From assembly GCA_016719815.1 (NCBI GenBank), contig JADJYK010000007.1:54399-118398 (forward strand): DNA of 64,000 nt, given 5' to 3'. Source of the stretch: Chitinophagaceae bacterium. Its GTDB lineage: Bacteria > Bacteroidota > Bacteroidia > Chitinophagales > Chitinophagaceae. Below, piece by piece: positions 42,478 through 52,624 of the stretch (its first letter is position 1; each line of letters opens with the position of its first letter). Both the position numbers and the translations under genes were made by a program. The notes beneath the pieces were generated by a model that was given only the letters and a program-made list of their open reading frames with translations, ran no database searches and had not been told where the DNA came from.

Positions 42478-43485
42478 TTGAAACAAAAAAATAAAATATT
42501 ATCCTTCCTGTTACTACTGAACATTACTGTTCAGGATACATCTGCGCAGGATGTGCATTTTTCGCAATTTTTCGAAACCCCATTGTGGAGAAATCCCTCG
42601 CTTGCAGGAATATTCAACGGTGATATCCGGGTGCAGGCTGTTTACCGTGATCAATGGAATAGTGTTACAAACGCTTACCGCACCGGTTCTGTGAATGCTG
42701 AATTAAAAATGCCAATCGGCAAAATGGATGATTTTATTACAACTGGCATACAGATATTGCATGACAGAGCCGGTACTATCGGATTTACATCCTCACACCT
42801 GCTGCCTGCTGTTAATTACCATAAATCACTGAGTACAGAAAAGAACCGCTATCTCTCACTTGGCTTTATGGGCGGTATTGTGCAACGCCGGCTTGATATT
42901 TCCAAAGTAACAACAAACAGCCAGTACGATAACGGAGGACTGGGAGAAACATTTGCCAATACACAATATAGCTATCTGGATGGAAGCGTTGGAATGAGTT
43001 ACAATTCGGGTATTGGCATTAATCAAAATAATAATTTCTTTTTGGGAGCGGCTTATCATCATTTTAACCGGCCCAAAAGTTCATTTTACAGAAATGCAAA
43101 TATTGAACTGCATCCGAAATGGGTGTTTTCCGGAGGTATTCGCTTTTCTGTATCAGACTATGCCTATCTTACTTTTCAGGCGGATCACTCTATGCAGGGA
43201 GGTTTTACGGAAACAGTTGCAGGAGGCATGTATGGGCTCAAATTAGGAGGTGACCCCGATGATGCACTTTACACACTGCATGCAGGTGGTTTTCTACGAT
43301 GGAATGATGCTTTGATTCCCGTTCTGAAAATTGATTACAATCCTTTTTCTCTCTCTTTTAGTTATGATGTAAATATTTCGAAACTGAAGCAATCAAGCTA
43401 TGGCAGGGGTGGATTTGAAATATCAGTGTCCTATACAGGCTTCAGAAAAAAGACTGCTGATTACCTTCTATGTCCCAAATTCTGA
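42478..43485 (+). CDS. PorP/SprF-family T9SS membrane protein
   Basis: QDVHFSQF...NPSLAG, YRDQW, SYDVNIS, GGFEIS. Immediately follows a type-B CTD protein. Confidence 0.92.
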   Translation: MKQKNKILSFLLLLNITVQDTSAQDVHFSQFFETPLWRNPSLAGIFNGDIRVQAVYRDQWNSVTNAYRTGSVNAELKMPIGKMDDFITTGIQILHDRAGTIGFTSSHLLPAVNYHKSLSTEKNRYLSLGFMGGIVQRRLDISKVTTNSQYDNGGLGETFANTQYSYLDGSVGMSYNSGIGINQNNNFFLGAAYHHFNRPKSSFYRNANIELHPKWVFSGGIRFSVSDYAYLTFQADHSMQGGFTETVAGGMYGLKLGGDPDDALYTLHAGGFLRWNDALIPVLKIDYNPFSLSFSYDVNISKLKQSSYGRGGFEISVSYTGFRKKTADYLLCPKF

Positions 43486-43522
43486 TAAACCGGCACTGAA
43501 CCCGGTTTACCAGTAATATCCT

Positions 43523-44221
43523 TTACCCTTTTGTTTCATATAATCCTTTCCATGCAAAGGCAGCCAGCACACCACCAGCAACAGGAGCAACAATAAACAG
43601 CCATAGCTGTGCCAGTGCTTTTCCTTGTGCAAATATGGCAGGACCAAAGCTACGGGCAGGATTAACAGAAGTTCCGGTTATTGGTATAGCAACAAGATGA
43701 ATCAATACCAGCGTTAAACCAATAGCCAGACCAGCCATAGTTCCGTTTCCCCATTTAGACGTAACAGCAAAAATTACAAACAGGAAAAGAAATGTAAGAA
43801 CAGCTTCCGCAATAAACGCAGAAGTCATATTATATCCACCGAGGTAACCTTCTCCCCAACCATTAGCGCCTAATGCCCATTCGCCCATTTCAAAACCCGG
43901 CATACCTTTTTGAATCAAATACAAAACACCTGAAGCCAATGTAGCCCCGATAAACTGGCCAATGATGTAGTTCATTGCTTCAGCTATTTTTATCTTTCCT
44001 GCCACCAGCATTGCAACAGTAATAGCAGGGTTAATATGGCAGCCGGTTATGCCGCCAATAGCATATGCCATGACCACAACAGCAAGGCCAAATGCAAAGG
44101 AAATACCCAGTAAACCGATACCCGAAGGTCCAGTAGTTGCAATGCCAGATACAACGGCTGCTCCACAACCGAATAACACTAATGAAAACGTCCCGATTAA
44201 TTCAGCTAGTAGTTTTTTCAT
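43523..44221 (-). CDS. aqpZ: Aquaporin Z (MIP family)
   Basis: Two NPA motifs (HINPAIT, SVNPARS), AELIGTF, LWLFIVAP. Confidence 0.92.
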   Translation of the reverse strand: MKKLLAELIGTFSLVLFGCGAAVVSGIATTGPSGIGLLGISFAFGLAVVVMAYAIGGITGCHINPAITVAMLVAGKIKIAEAMNYIIGQFIGATLASGVLYLIQKGMPGFEMGEWALGANGWGEGYLGGYNMTSAFIAEAVLTFLFLFVIFAVTSKWGNGTMAGLAIGLTLVLIHLVAIPITGTSVNPARSFGPAIFAQGKALAQLWLFIVAPVAGGVLAAFAWKGLYETKG

Positions 44222-44348
44222 AATAAAGTTGGTTTTGTGCTCCGTGGCTTCACGGAACAATGAAAAAATTTGTTGGCAAAAATGAACGCCTTGGGGCTAT
44301 ATTTGTTTCTTTGAAGTTATATAAAGTTAAAACAAAAAATATTGAATT

Positions 44349-44819
44349 ATGAAAACTGAACCCGGACAGCAAGCTCCAGATTTTTCTCTGTACGACAATG
44401 AAAAAAACAAAGTGACCCTTTCAGAGCAGAAAGGGCATAATGTGCTGTTGCTTTTCTTTCCCCAGGCATTTACCAGCGTCTGTACCAAAGAACTTTGTGG
44501 CATAAGAGACAATATTGCTGCCTACAACAATACCAATGCAAAAGTTTTTGGTATTTCAGTTGACTCCGTTTTTACACTCAATAAGTTCCGGGAAGAGCAA
44601 CAGTACAATTTTCCGCTGCTGAGCGACTTCAACAAGGAGGTTTCCTCTCTTTACGGTACCATATACAACGACTGGATTCTAGACATGAAAGGAGTTTCCA
44701 AGAGATCGGCCTTCCTCATTGACAAAGAGGGTATAATAAGGTATGCTGAAGTACTTGAAAATGCCGGAGAGGTTCCCGATTTTGCCAAAATCAAGGAAGT
44801 ATTAGCTGCTCTGGACTAA
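44349..44819 (+). CDS. Peroxiredoxin (AhpE/BCP-like redoxin)
   Basis: APDFSL, FFPQAFTSVCTKELC, LLSDF, RSAFLID. Confidence 0.9.
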   Translation: MKTEPGQQAPDFSLYDNEKNKVTLSEQKGHNVLLLFFPQAFTSVCTKELCGIRDNIAAYNNTNAKVFGISVDSVFTLNKFREEQQYNFPLLSDFNKEVSSLYGTIYNDWILDMKGVSKRSAFLIDKEGIIRYAEVLENAGEVPDFAKIKEVLAALD

Positions 44820-44954
44820 TAGATTGTTAAAAATATTAAAGAAAATATGCTGCATTTCATTGATTTACAGCATGTTTATTTTACGAAGTGGTTTTACCTT
44901 GGTAAATAAAAAAATTCGGCCTATTTTTAGGATAATAAAAGTAAATTTGTTTCG

Positions 44955-45302
44955 TTGAGACGCTTTTTGACGATATTATCCTTTATCCTGTTGACTGCCA
45001 CAGCATCTTTTAGTCAATCAGGGAGAGTTTCTTCAGGCGGCGACCCTGCTGACCGGATAGTAAGGTTATATCCTAACCCAGCATCAACCTACATCACCTT
45101 TGATTTACAAAATACAACTCTCAAAGGGCTTTCATTGAAAATCTTCAACGGTGTTTTGGGAAAGAAGATGTTTGACGCAAACAATATCAGTAACAAGACA
45201 ACCATTACTCTGAACGATTACACAAGGGGGATTTACATCTATCAACTTGTTGACGCTTCCGGAAAAATCATTGAATCCGGAAAATTCCAGGTATCACACT
45301 AA
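44955..45302 (+). CDS. Small secreted protein consisting essentially of a T9SS type-A C-terminal domain
   Basis: TTG start 5 nt after a TAAATTTG box (44942-44949), signal peptide, LYPNPA...IFN...G...GIYIYQL...GKFQV. Confidence 0.8.
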   Translation: MRRFLTILSFILLTATASFSQSGRVSSGGDPADRIVRLYPNPASTYITFDLQNTTLKGLSLKIFNGVLGKKMFDANNISNKTTITLNDYTRGIYIYQLVDASGKIIESGKFQVSH

Positions 45303-45322
45303 CCGCTTTTTTTATCGATTTT

Positions 45323-46495
45323 TTAAAGTACCTGAACTATCAGGAATTTGAGGTATTCCGTATTCTCCATGCCACGAATAATAGGATGATCGGCGGCTTG
45401 CTTTTGAAAAGTCACCTGTCTTAATTTGCGCCGGGCATCTTTTGCCGCCATGTCAATAATCTGCAAAAACAAATCAGGGTTAACAAGATTGGTGCAGGAA
45501 GAAGTAACCAGAAATCCACCCGGCTTAACCAGTTTCATTCCCCTAAGATTAATCTCCTTATAACCCGTAATAGCTTTTTGAATCGTTTCCCGGCTCTTTG
45601 TAAACGCCGGCGGGTCGAGCATTACCACATCGTATTGTTTTCCCTCTTTGCCCCATTGCTTCAGCACATCGAATGCATTGGCCACTTCAAAATGGCAATT
45701 ATCCTGTACTCCGTTCAATTCGGCATTTCGCCTTGCCTGCAAAACGGCATTCTCCGAAATATCAAGACCTAAAACTGATTTTGCACCATAGCAAGCTGCA
45801 TGTACTTCAAAGGTACCGGTATAGGTAAAGGCTCCTAATACCTCTGCATCCTTTACAATATGCTGAATTGCCCTGCGGTTATCTTGCTGGTCTAGAAAGT
45901 AGCCGGTCTTCTGTCCGTTCTCAATATCAACATGAAATTTCAGGCCATTTTCTTTAATAACAATTTCTGTATCAAACGGAGCTGATAAGAAACCTTTCAG
46001 TTGAGGAAGCCCTTCCAGTTCCCTTACAGGAACATCGTTTCGCTCATAAATACCTTTGGGTGAAAAGATTTTATTCAGCGCATTTACAATAGCTGGTTTC
46101 CACACATCAATACCAAGGGCCAGTGTTTGTATAACAAAATAGTCATTGAACTTGTCAATTATCAGTTGCGGCAAAGAATCGGCCTCGCCAAACACAAGAC
46201 GGCAGTTTTCTGTATAACCTATCTTCTTTCTGTAGCTCCAGCACTCATTAATTTTATCAAAAAAATACTGCTCATTTATTTCGTCAGCCCTGTTTCTTGT
46301 CAGCAACCGAACCAATATTTGTGATTTGGGGTTGATATAACCTTTGCCAACAAACCTTTTATCATGAGTAAACACTTCCACAATGTCGCCTCCCGTTGCT
46401 TCGCCGTCAATCTTCTCCACTTCATTATTGAAAATCCATGGATGCCCGTTAACCACCCGGGGAGAAATCTTTCTTTTTAAAAAAACCGTTGCCAT
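45323..46495 (-). CDS. RlmI-like PUA-domain SAM-dependent rRNA methyltransferase
   Basis: GHPWIF, GEADSLPQLIID, GQKTGYFLDQ, FTYTGTF, DVVMLDPPAF. Confidence 0.88.
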   Translation of the reverse strand: MATVFLKRKISPRVVNGHPWIFNNEVEKIDGEATGGDIVEVFTHDKRFVGKGYINPKSQILVRLLTRNRADEINEQYFFDKINECWSYRKKIGYTENCRLVFGEADSLPQLIIDKFNDYFVIQTLALGIDVWKPAIVNALNKIFSPKGIYERNDVPVRELEGLPQLKGFLSAPFDTEIVIKENGLKFHVDIENGQKTGYFLDQQDNRRAIQHIVKDAEVLGAFTYTGTFEVHAACYGAKSVLGLDISENAVLQARRNAELNGVQDNCHFEVANAFDVLKQWGKEGKQYDVVMLDPPAFTKSRETIQKAITGYKEINLRGMKLVKPGGFLVTSSCTNLVNPDLFLQIIDMAAKDARRKLRQVTFQKQAADHPIIRGMENTEYLKFLIVQVL

Positions 46496-46569
46496 AGGGT
46501 GCAAGGTACTGCAAACCAATAAAATGATACCGGTCTGAAATAATACAGTCAATTTGTCCCAAAAAGGCA

Positions 46570-46600
46570 GTTGGCAGTATTCTTGCCAACCTTACATTTG
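46570..46600. promoter_or_regulatory. GTTGGCA-N7-TGCCAAC palindrome (sigma54-like GG-N10-GC on both strands) plus TACATTTG -7 box
   Basis: Palindrome at 46570-46590 and -7 box at 46593-46600, in the divergent gap before grpE. Confidence 0.6.
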
Positions 46601-46618
46601 CAATCAATTTTTGAAAAA

Positions 46619-47182
46619 ATGGCAGAAAAAGAGACAAACGGGCAAGAAATGCAGAATGGGCAAACAGAAATGAACATCAACGCCGATGAAAACCTGAGCG
46701 GCAGCACAGGACTTGATGAACCAATTGGTGAAGATTCAGCAACCGAAAAGCTTAAAAGTGAACTGGAAGAGGCAAAAGATAAACATTTGCGCCTGGCGGC
46801 GGAATTTGACAATTTCAAGCGCCGGAATGCCAAAGAACGGATAGAGTTAATTCAAACTGCCGGAAAAGATGTGATTACCGACCTGCTTGATGTACTCGAT
46901 GATATTGACAGGGCACAAAAGCAATTGGAAAGCAGTAATGATGATGCACACAAGGAAGGCGTATTGCTGGTGTTTAATAAATTTAGAACGCTGTTACAGT
47001 CGAAAGGATTAAAGACCATGGAAACAGTGAACCAGGAATTTAACCCTGACCTGCACGAAGTCATTACAGAGATTCCCGCACCAACGAAAGATTTAAAAGG
47101 AAAGGTGATGGATGAAGTAATGAAAGGTTATTATCTGAACGATAAAATCATTCGCCACGCAAAAGTGGTAGTTGGTAAATAA
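46619..47182 (+). CDS. grpE: Nucleotide exchange factor GrpE
   Basis: LRLAAEFDNFKRR, FNPDLHEVI, KGYYLNDKIIRHAKVVV. Confidence 0.95.
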   Translation: MAEKETNGQEMQNGQTEMNINADENLSGSTGLDEPIGEDSATEKLKSELEEAKDKHLRLAAEFDNFKRRNAKERIELIQTAGKDVITDLLDVLDDIDRAQKQLESSNDDAHKEGVLLVFNKFRTLLQSKGLKTMETVNQEFNPDLHEVITEIPAPTKDLKGKVMDEVMKGYYLNDKIIRHAKVVVGK

Positions 47183-47259
47183 GCTGCACATCACAAGCCG
47201 TAAGCTGCAAACCGGTTTGTGAAATTTAATTATTGCTTGCAGCTTATAGCTAACAGCTT
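47181..47259. repeat. AAGCTG-rich inverted repeat between grpE and dnaJ
   Basis: taagctgcaa (47201-47210) pairs with ttgcagctta (47237-47246). Degenerate aagctg/cagctt copies flank both arms. Confidence 0.5.
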
Positions 47260-47264
47260 AAGCA

Positions 47265-48425
47265 ATGTCAAAAAGAGATTATTACGAAATACTGGGGGTA
47301 AGTAAAGGTGCATCTGCCGATGAAATTAAGAAAGCATACCGGAAGGTAGCCATGCAATATCACCCCGACAGAAACCCCGGAGACAAAGCAGCAGAAGAAA
47401 AATTTAAGGAAGCCGCCGAAGCATACGAAATACTGAGCGATGCAGATAAAAAGGCCCAGTACGACCGCTATGGTCATGCTGGTGTAAGTGGTGCGGGCCG
47501 TGGCGGATTTAGTGGAGGCGGCATGAATATGGAGGATATCTTCAGCCAGTTTGGAGATATTTTTGGCGATGATATTTTCGGCAATTTTTTTGGAGGCGGA
47601 CAGCGCAGTCGTGGCGGGCAAAGAACAAGAGGTGTTAGGGGCAGCAATCTGCGGGTGAAGCTTAAACTTACTTACGAGGAAATTGCAAAAGGCGTTACTA
47701 AGAACATAAAGGTTAAAAAATACGTTGGCTGTACCACTTGTGGCGGCAGCGGGGCGAAAGATAAAGGTAGTATGCAAACCTGCGGCACCTGCGGCGGCAG
47801 CGGACAGGTAAGAAGAGTGCAGAATACTTTTCTCGGGCAAATGCAAACCGTAACCACCTGCCCCACCTGCAATGGCGAAGGCACAACGGTGACGGCAAAA
47901 TGTACCAGTTGTAAAGGCGATGGCAGGGTGTATGGCGAAGAAACAGTAAGCATTGATATACCTGCCGGTGTGCAGGAAGGTATGCAGATGAATATAAGCG
48001 GCAGAGGCAACGCAGGGGAAAGAGGCGGCATGCCCGGCGACCTGATTGTGCTGATAGAAGAAGAAGCACATAAGGAACTGCACCGTGAAGGACTGAATGT
48101 TGCTTACGAACTGCACTTATCATTTACCGATGCTGTGTTTGGCACACAGGTAGAAGTGCCCACGATTGACGGAAGAGCAAAAATTAAAATACCCGCCGGC
48201 ACCCAAAGCGGAAAAATCTTCAGGCTGAAGGGTAAAGGATTTCCGGCGGTGAACGCTTATGAAAAAGGAGACCAGCTTATACAGGTAAGTGTGTGGACTC
48301 CGCAACACCTGAGTGCTGATGAAAAGGCTTTGCTCGAAAAACTGAGCAATTCGCCCAATTTTAAACCTCACCCGGATAAGAACGACAAAGGATTCTTTGA
48401 TAAGATCAAGGAAATGTTTTCTTAA
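47265..48425 (+). CDS. dnaJ: Chaperone DnaJ
   Basis: J-domain with HPD, G/F-rich linker, four CxxCxGxG repeats. Confidence 0.97.
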   Translation: MSKRDYYEILGVSKGASADEIKKAYRKVAMQYHPDRNPGDKAAEEKFKEAAEAYEILSDADKKAQYDRYGHAGVSGAGRGGFSGGGMNMEDIFSQFGDIFGDDIFGNFFGGGQRSRGGQRTRGVRGSNLRVKLKLTYEEIAKGVTKNIKVKKYVGCTTCGGSGAKDKGSMQTCGTCGGSGQVRRVQNTFLGQMQTVTTCPTCNGEGTTVTAKCTSCKGDGRVYGEETVSIDIPAGVQEGMQMNISGRGNAGERGGMPGDLIVLIEEEAHKELHREGLNVAYELHLSFTDAVFGTQVEVPTIDGRAKIKIPAGTQSGKIFRLKGKGFPAVNAYEKGDQLIQVSVWTPQHLSADEKALLEKLSNSPNFKPHPDKNDKGFFDKIKEMFS

Positions 48426-48517
48426 GCAACCGATTTACGGGTATTTCTTAATTATATACTACCGTTTACAACTCCCGTCCGCTCCGAATGGGCAGTCATA
48501 ATTAAAAAGGTTACGGC

Positions 48518-50326
48518 TTAATAATAATAGCCGCCGGTCTTTTTTCTTTTAATCTTACTGTACAGGTTCTTTGCCTGCATAAGCAGGTTCATAAATTCCT
48601 TTTGAACCAGTTCGTCTGTTGAGCAGGCTTGCAGCGCAAGGGCAACAACATCATCCCAGCCGGTGTCTTTCATAAAGGCTGAACCCCGCAGCAATCCGCC
48701 AAACATGGCAACAGCAGCAGAGAACTTATTACACTTTCCCATTTCTCCAAACTCTGTAAAATGAAAATTACTTGTAAAGGTTCTAGATAATTGCTGTGGG
48801 GTACCCGGCTTCTGGTATTTAAGTTTTACCTCCGCCAGTCTGCCGCCGGTATAGTTATCTTTTATGGCTCCCTTGTTTATTTCGGTAGGTACAATCTCGA
48901 ACATAGCAATCATTGAATGGCCGGAACCGATTTCTCCGCCTTCGATTACGGAGAGTGAATCCCGCAGGGCACCTACTTTATTATCAAAACCAATGAGCCT
49001 GTACTCTTTTACATACTCGGGGTTGAACTCCACATCCATATACACATTATCTGCCACGGCGTACAGCATTTGGGTAAACTCTTTGAGCAATACTTTTTCT
49101 GCTTCCTTATGATTATCGAGGTAAGCAAAATTTCCATTTCCCTTTTCGGCCAGCAGGTGAATTTTTGAATCTTTGTAGTTTCCCATTCCCACTCCAAGGC
49201 AGGTAAGATACACTCCTGATTCCTTTTGCGTTGTTATCAGTTCATTCAATTCATCTTCGGTTTTCAACCCAACATTAAAGTCACCGTCGGTTGCGAGTAT
49301 TACCCTGTTATTTCCTCCTTTTATTAAATGCAGCCTTGCGAGGCGATATGCTAATCTTATTCCGGCCTCACCCGGTGTGTTGCCGCCGGGAGTTAGCTCA
49401 TCAATGGCTTTTAGTATTTTCCCTTTTTCAGCTCCGCTTGTTGAGTTGAGCATCACACCCGTCATACCGCCGTATACCACAATGGCAACAGTGTCTTTAT
49501 CTCTAAGGTTATTTACCAGCAACCGAAATGCAGATTGAAGCAGTGGCAGCCGGTTAGGCATATCCATTGAACCAGATACATCTATTAAAAAAACAAGGTT
49601 GCTGGAAGGCAAAGAGTCGAGGTTGAGCTTCTGTGAGGAAATGTTTATATGCAGCAGTTGATTATCCCTATTCCAGGGACAGGAGGAAAGGGTGGTTTTT
49701 ACAGAGAACAAGTCTTCGCCGGGAGGCTGTCTGTAATCGAGATTGAAATAATTTATCATCTCTTCAATGCGAACTGCATCCGGCGGCACTATTGCCCTCA
49801 GGGAAATAAATCTTCTTATGTTGCTGTAAGATGCCCGGTCAATGTTGAGCGATAACCCTGTTACCGGCGTTTTTTTAGCTGCTACAAAATGGTTTTCCAA
49901 AAGGCTGGCATAGGTTTCATCTCCGGTGTACCAATTCTTTTGCTCTTCTTTTTCCAGGTTCAGGGTAACCGAGGCCAGCTTGTCTCTTTTTGAATTTGTA
50001 ACAGAGGCCGGAAGCCGTTTCATCTTCGCACTTACATAATTGTCGGCATTTACAGGTATCTTTTCTGTTCTGTAACCATCTAATGAGAAACTGAATGTAT
50101 CGGTTTGAAAATGCGACAATATCCCAAAAGTTCCAGATGCACCACTGCGAAAAACATATCCGGTTCTGTGTTGCAGGATGCTTACGTTCTGCAGAATATT
50201 ACCGGCTTCATCTTTCACCTCGCCTCTTACATAATACTGTTGGGCAGCGACAGATAAATTCATCAAAATAAGGGCAGCAATATGCAGAACAACTTTCAAG
50301 CGTTCCAATTTGGCAATAAAATACAA
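48518..50326 (-). CDS. YfbK-like von Willebrand factor A protein with N-terminal carboxypeptidase-like domain
   Basis: IDRASYSNIRR, VRIEEMINYF, MIDAS DVSGSM, ILATDGDFNVG, YRLIGFDN, GEIGSGH. Confidence 0.88.
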   Translation of the reverse strand: MYFIAKLERLKVVLHIAALILMNLSVAAQQYYVRGEVKDEAGNILQNVSILQHRTGYVFRSGASGTFGILSHFQTDTFSFSLDGYRTEKIPVNADNYVSAKMKRLPASVTNSKRDKLASVTLNLEKEEQKNWYTGDETYASLLENHFVAAKKTPVTGLSLNIDRASYSNIRRFISLRAIVPPDAVRIEEMINYFNLDYRQPPGEDLFSVKTTLSSCPWNRDNQLLHINISSQKLNLDSLPSSNLVFLIDVSGSMDMPNRLPLLQSAFRLLVNNLRDKDTVAIVVYGGMTGVMLNSTSGAEKGKILKAIDELTPGGNTPGEAGIRLAYRLARLHLIKGGNNRVILATDGDFNVGLKTEDELNELITTQKESGVYLTCLGVGMGNYKDSKIHLLAEKGNGNFAYLDNHKEAEKVLLKEFTQMLYAVADNVYMDVEFNPEYVKEYRLIGFDNKVGALRDSLSVIEGGEIGSGHSMIAMFEIVPTEINKGAIKDNYTGGRLAEVKLKYQKPGTPQQLSRTFTSNFHFTEFGEMGKCNKFSAAVAMFGGLLRGSAFMKDTGWDDVVALALQACSTDELVQKEFMNLLMQAKNLYSKIKRKKTGGYYY

Positions 50327-50350
50327 AAAAAAATGTACCTATAGCAATCG

Positions 50351-50884
50351 TTATACTAATTGGTAAATCTCTTTCAGGTTTCTTCCAAGACCATCGTAAT
50401 CAAGTCCATAACCTACTACAAATTTGTTCGGAATCACAAATCCAATATAATCAAGCTGCAAGGGATACTCAGTTGCCTCGGATTTGTGAAGGAGTGTGGC
50501 AATCTTTAAGGATTTTGGTTGCTGATGCATCAGCTTGGGCAAGAATGAATAAAGTGTTTTTCCTGTATCCACAATATCCTCCACAATAATAACCTCCTTA
50601 CCAAATAAGTCATCATCCATGCCAATTGAGGTAACTACATTCCCGGAAGATTTCATCCCTTTATAAGAGGCAAGTTTGATAAATGATAGTTCAGCCTCGA
50701 TTGTAATGTGTTTAAACAGATCTGAAGCAAACATGAATGACCCGTTCAGAATGGCAATAAACAAAGGCTTCTTTCCTGAATAGTCTGTATTAATTTTTGC
50801 GGCGAGTTCTTTAATCCTTTTTTGAATAGTTGCCTCATCGAGGTAAGTTTCAAACGACTTGTCTTTTACAGTTACTACAGACAT
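50351..50884 (-). CDS. hpt: Hypoxanthine phosphoribosyltransferase
   Basis: LNGSFMF, IVEDIVDTGKT, FVVGYGLDY. Confidence 0.95.
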   Translation of the reverse strand: MSVVTVKDKSFETYLDEATIQKRIKELAAKINTDYSGKKPLFIAILNGSFMFASDLFKHITIEAELSFIKLASYKGMKSSGNVVTSIGMDDDLFGKEVIIVEDIVDTGKTLYSFLPKLMHQQPKSLKIATLLHKSEATEYPLQLDYIGFVIPNKFVVGYGLDYDGLGRNLKEIYQLV

Positions 50885-50894
50885 AAAATATTTT

Positions 50895-51950
50895 TTATCC
50901 GGTTCGGTATAAGTTAAAAAAGAGAGTGATCATTTTTAAAGCCAGCTTAAGTGTGCTTGTTGCCTTTTTCTTTAAACTTAACCTCACCCCAACAGCCGGC
51001 ATATCACCCGGGTTAAGCCAGTTTAATTCCTGCAAACTCTCCAGTCGTATTGCCTCTTGTTGAGCAATATCATGCAATGTTTCGCCTGGCAGTACAATAT
51101 GATAGTCTTCATTTCCGGTCTTTCTCTTACGTTGCAGGTATACTAACTGATCAGACAGTGCAAACTCGGCCTGACTTATTTCGTTAAATTCAAAAATTTT
51201 TGACAAATCAATCTTGTACTCACTGGCAATGGCAAAATAAGAAGTACCTTTTTTAGCAAAGATTACTTTGGTATCGTTTACATAAAATATTCCTTCCGGA
51301 TACTTCAATGAAGGCTTCCCGGCATTTGTCTTTTCTTCAACTGGAACATCAGTAACAACTTCCTGTGGTGTTTCTTCAGCAGGCTTTGTTGTTTCCTTTT
51401 GCCCTGTTAACAGCGGGTCATCTTCTCCGTTGTCGCCCAAAGCAATTAATGTATATTCCTGCAAGCTATAATCTTCAATGAGTTTGATAAGCACCTGCGG
51501 ATACCGGGGGTTGGTTGCATAGCCTGCTTTCTTTAGGCCGTTTGCCCAACCTGCATAGTCCGTTGGGTCTAACTCAAAGAGAAAAGCATATCGTTGCCCT
51601 GTTTTTAAAAAATCTGAATGGTCTTTGTATGATTCAATAACGGCGGAATACTTTCTGAAACATTCACCTCTTGCGTCATCATCATGGTACACTTTTTCGC
51701 CAGTCCAGCTTGTTTTACATTTTATCCCAAAATGATTATTTGAACGCTGAGCCAGGTCGCTATTTCCTGCGCCCGACTCATGAATACCCTGCGCAAGTGT
51801 AATAGCAGCAGGCACGCCGGTTCGTATCATCTCCTCAATTGCCAAATCCTTATATCTGTTAATATAGCTTTTCACCTGCTCCGATTGTTGCGAAGCCGCT
51901 AAGAGTGGTGTAAATAAGAATCCAAATAAAATGGTACGAAGTTTTTGCAT
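50895..51950 (-). CDS. GH73 glucosaminidase with LysM domains (peptidoglycan hydrolase)
   Basis: Signal peptide at ATG 51950, AQGIHESG, NNHFGIKC, GYATNPRY, two LysM-like repeats. Confidence 0.9.
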   Translation of the reverse strand: MQKLRTILFGFLFTPLLAASQQSEQVKSYINRYKDLAIEEMIRTGVPAAITLAQGIHESGAGNSDLAQRSNNHFGIKCKTSWTGEKVYHDDDARGECFRKYSAVIESYKDHSDFLKTGQRYAFLFELDPTDYAGWANGLKKAGYATNPRYPQVLIKLIEDYSLQEYTLIALGDNGEDDPLLTGQKETTKPAEETPQEVVTDVPVEEKTNAGKPSLKYPEGIFYVNDTKVIFAKKGTSYFAIASEYKIDLSKIFEFNEISQAEFALSDQLVYLQRKRKTGNEDYHIVLPGETLHDIAQQEAIRLESLQELNWLNPGDMPAVGVRLSLKKKATSTLKLALKMITLFFNLYRTG

Positions 51951-51957
51951 TCTGTCT

Positions 51958-52596
51958 TTATAATTTACGTAACAGGTATAAGCCGTCACGAATTGTTAAT
52001 ACTACTTTTTCTATGTCGTTTCTTTCCCGGATAAAATCATTAAACGCTTTTATACCTTTTGCACTTTTTCCGCTTACATTTTTCTGCAACACTTGTCCGT
52101 GAAAGAAAATATTATCTGCTAAAATAAAGCCGTTTTCCCTTACCCGGGGAAAAACAAGGTTAAAATAGTCAATATAAGCCGGTTTGTCCGCGTCAATAAA
52201 AACAAGGTCCCAGGTTTCCTCCAGTGTTGGGATAATATCCAACGCATTTCCGATATGGGAAATTATACGGGACGCAAATACAGAACGTTCGAAATATGCT
52301 CTTGCCCTGTCGGCATCAGGTTCCCGCAATTCAATGGTGTGTAACTGACCATCATCAGAAAGTCCTTTCGCAAGGCATAAAGCGCTGTAACCGGTAAAAG
52401 TGCCAATCTCCAAAATACGGCGGGGCTGAATCATGCAGCTAATCATCTCAAGCAGTTTGCCCTGCAGGTGACCGCTAAGCATTATTGCTTCTTTGTGTTG
52501 TTGCAGGGTAAAGTCGCTTACTTCTTTAATCAATTCGTCTTCAGAAGAGGTGTGCCTTTCTGCAAATACCTGTATTAATGGATTAGTAATCTCCAC
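51958..52596 (-). CDS. O-methyltransferase (caffeoyl-CoA OMT-like)
   Basis: LEIGTFTGYSAL, DLVFIDADK, ADNIFF, IRDGL. Confidence 0.9.
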   Translation of the reverse strand: MEITNPLIQVFAERHTSSEDELIKEVSDFTLQQHKEAIMLSGHLQGKLLEMISCMIQPRRILEIGTFTGYSALCLAKGLSDDGQLHTIELREPDADRARAYFERSVFASRIISHIGNALDIIPTLEETWDLVFIDADKPAYIDYFNLVFPRVRENGFILADNIFFHGQVLQKNVSGKSAKGIKAFNDFIRERNDIEKVVLTIRDGLYLLRKL

Positions 52597-52624
52597 CGCT
52601 TTTATTTGAGTAAAGATAATCCAA

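Noticed and set aside
47268-48116. 282-aa antisense ORF and other long shadow ORFs over dnaJ, fadA, pyrD and prs
   Set aside because: They lie opposite well-conserved genes and have no recognisable motifs. They are explained by codon bias of the real gene.
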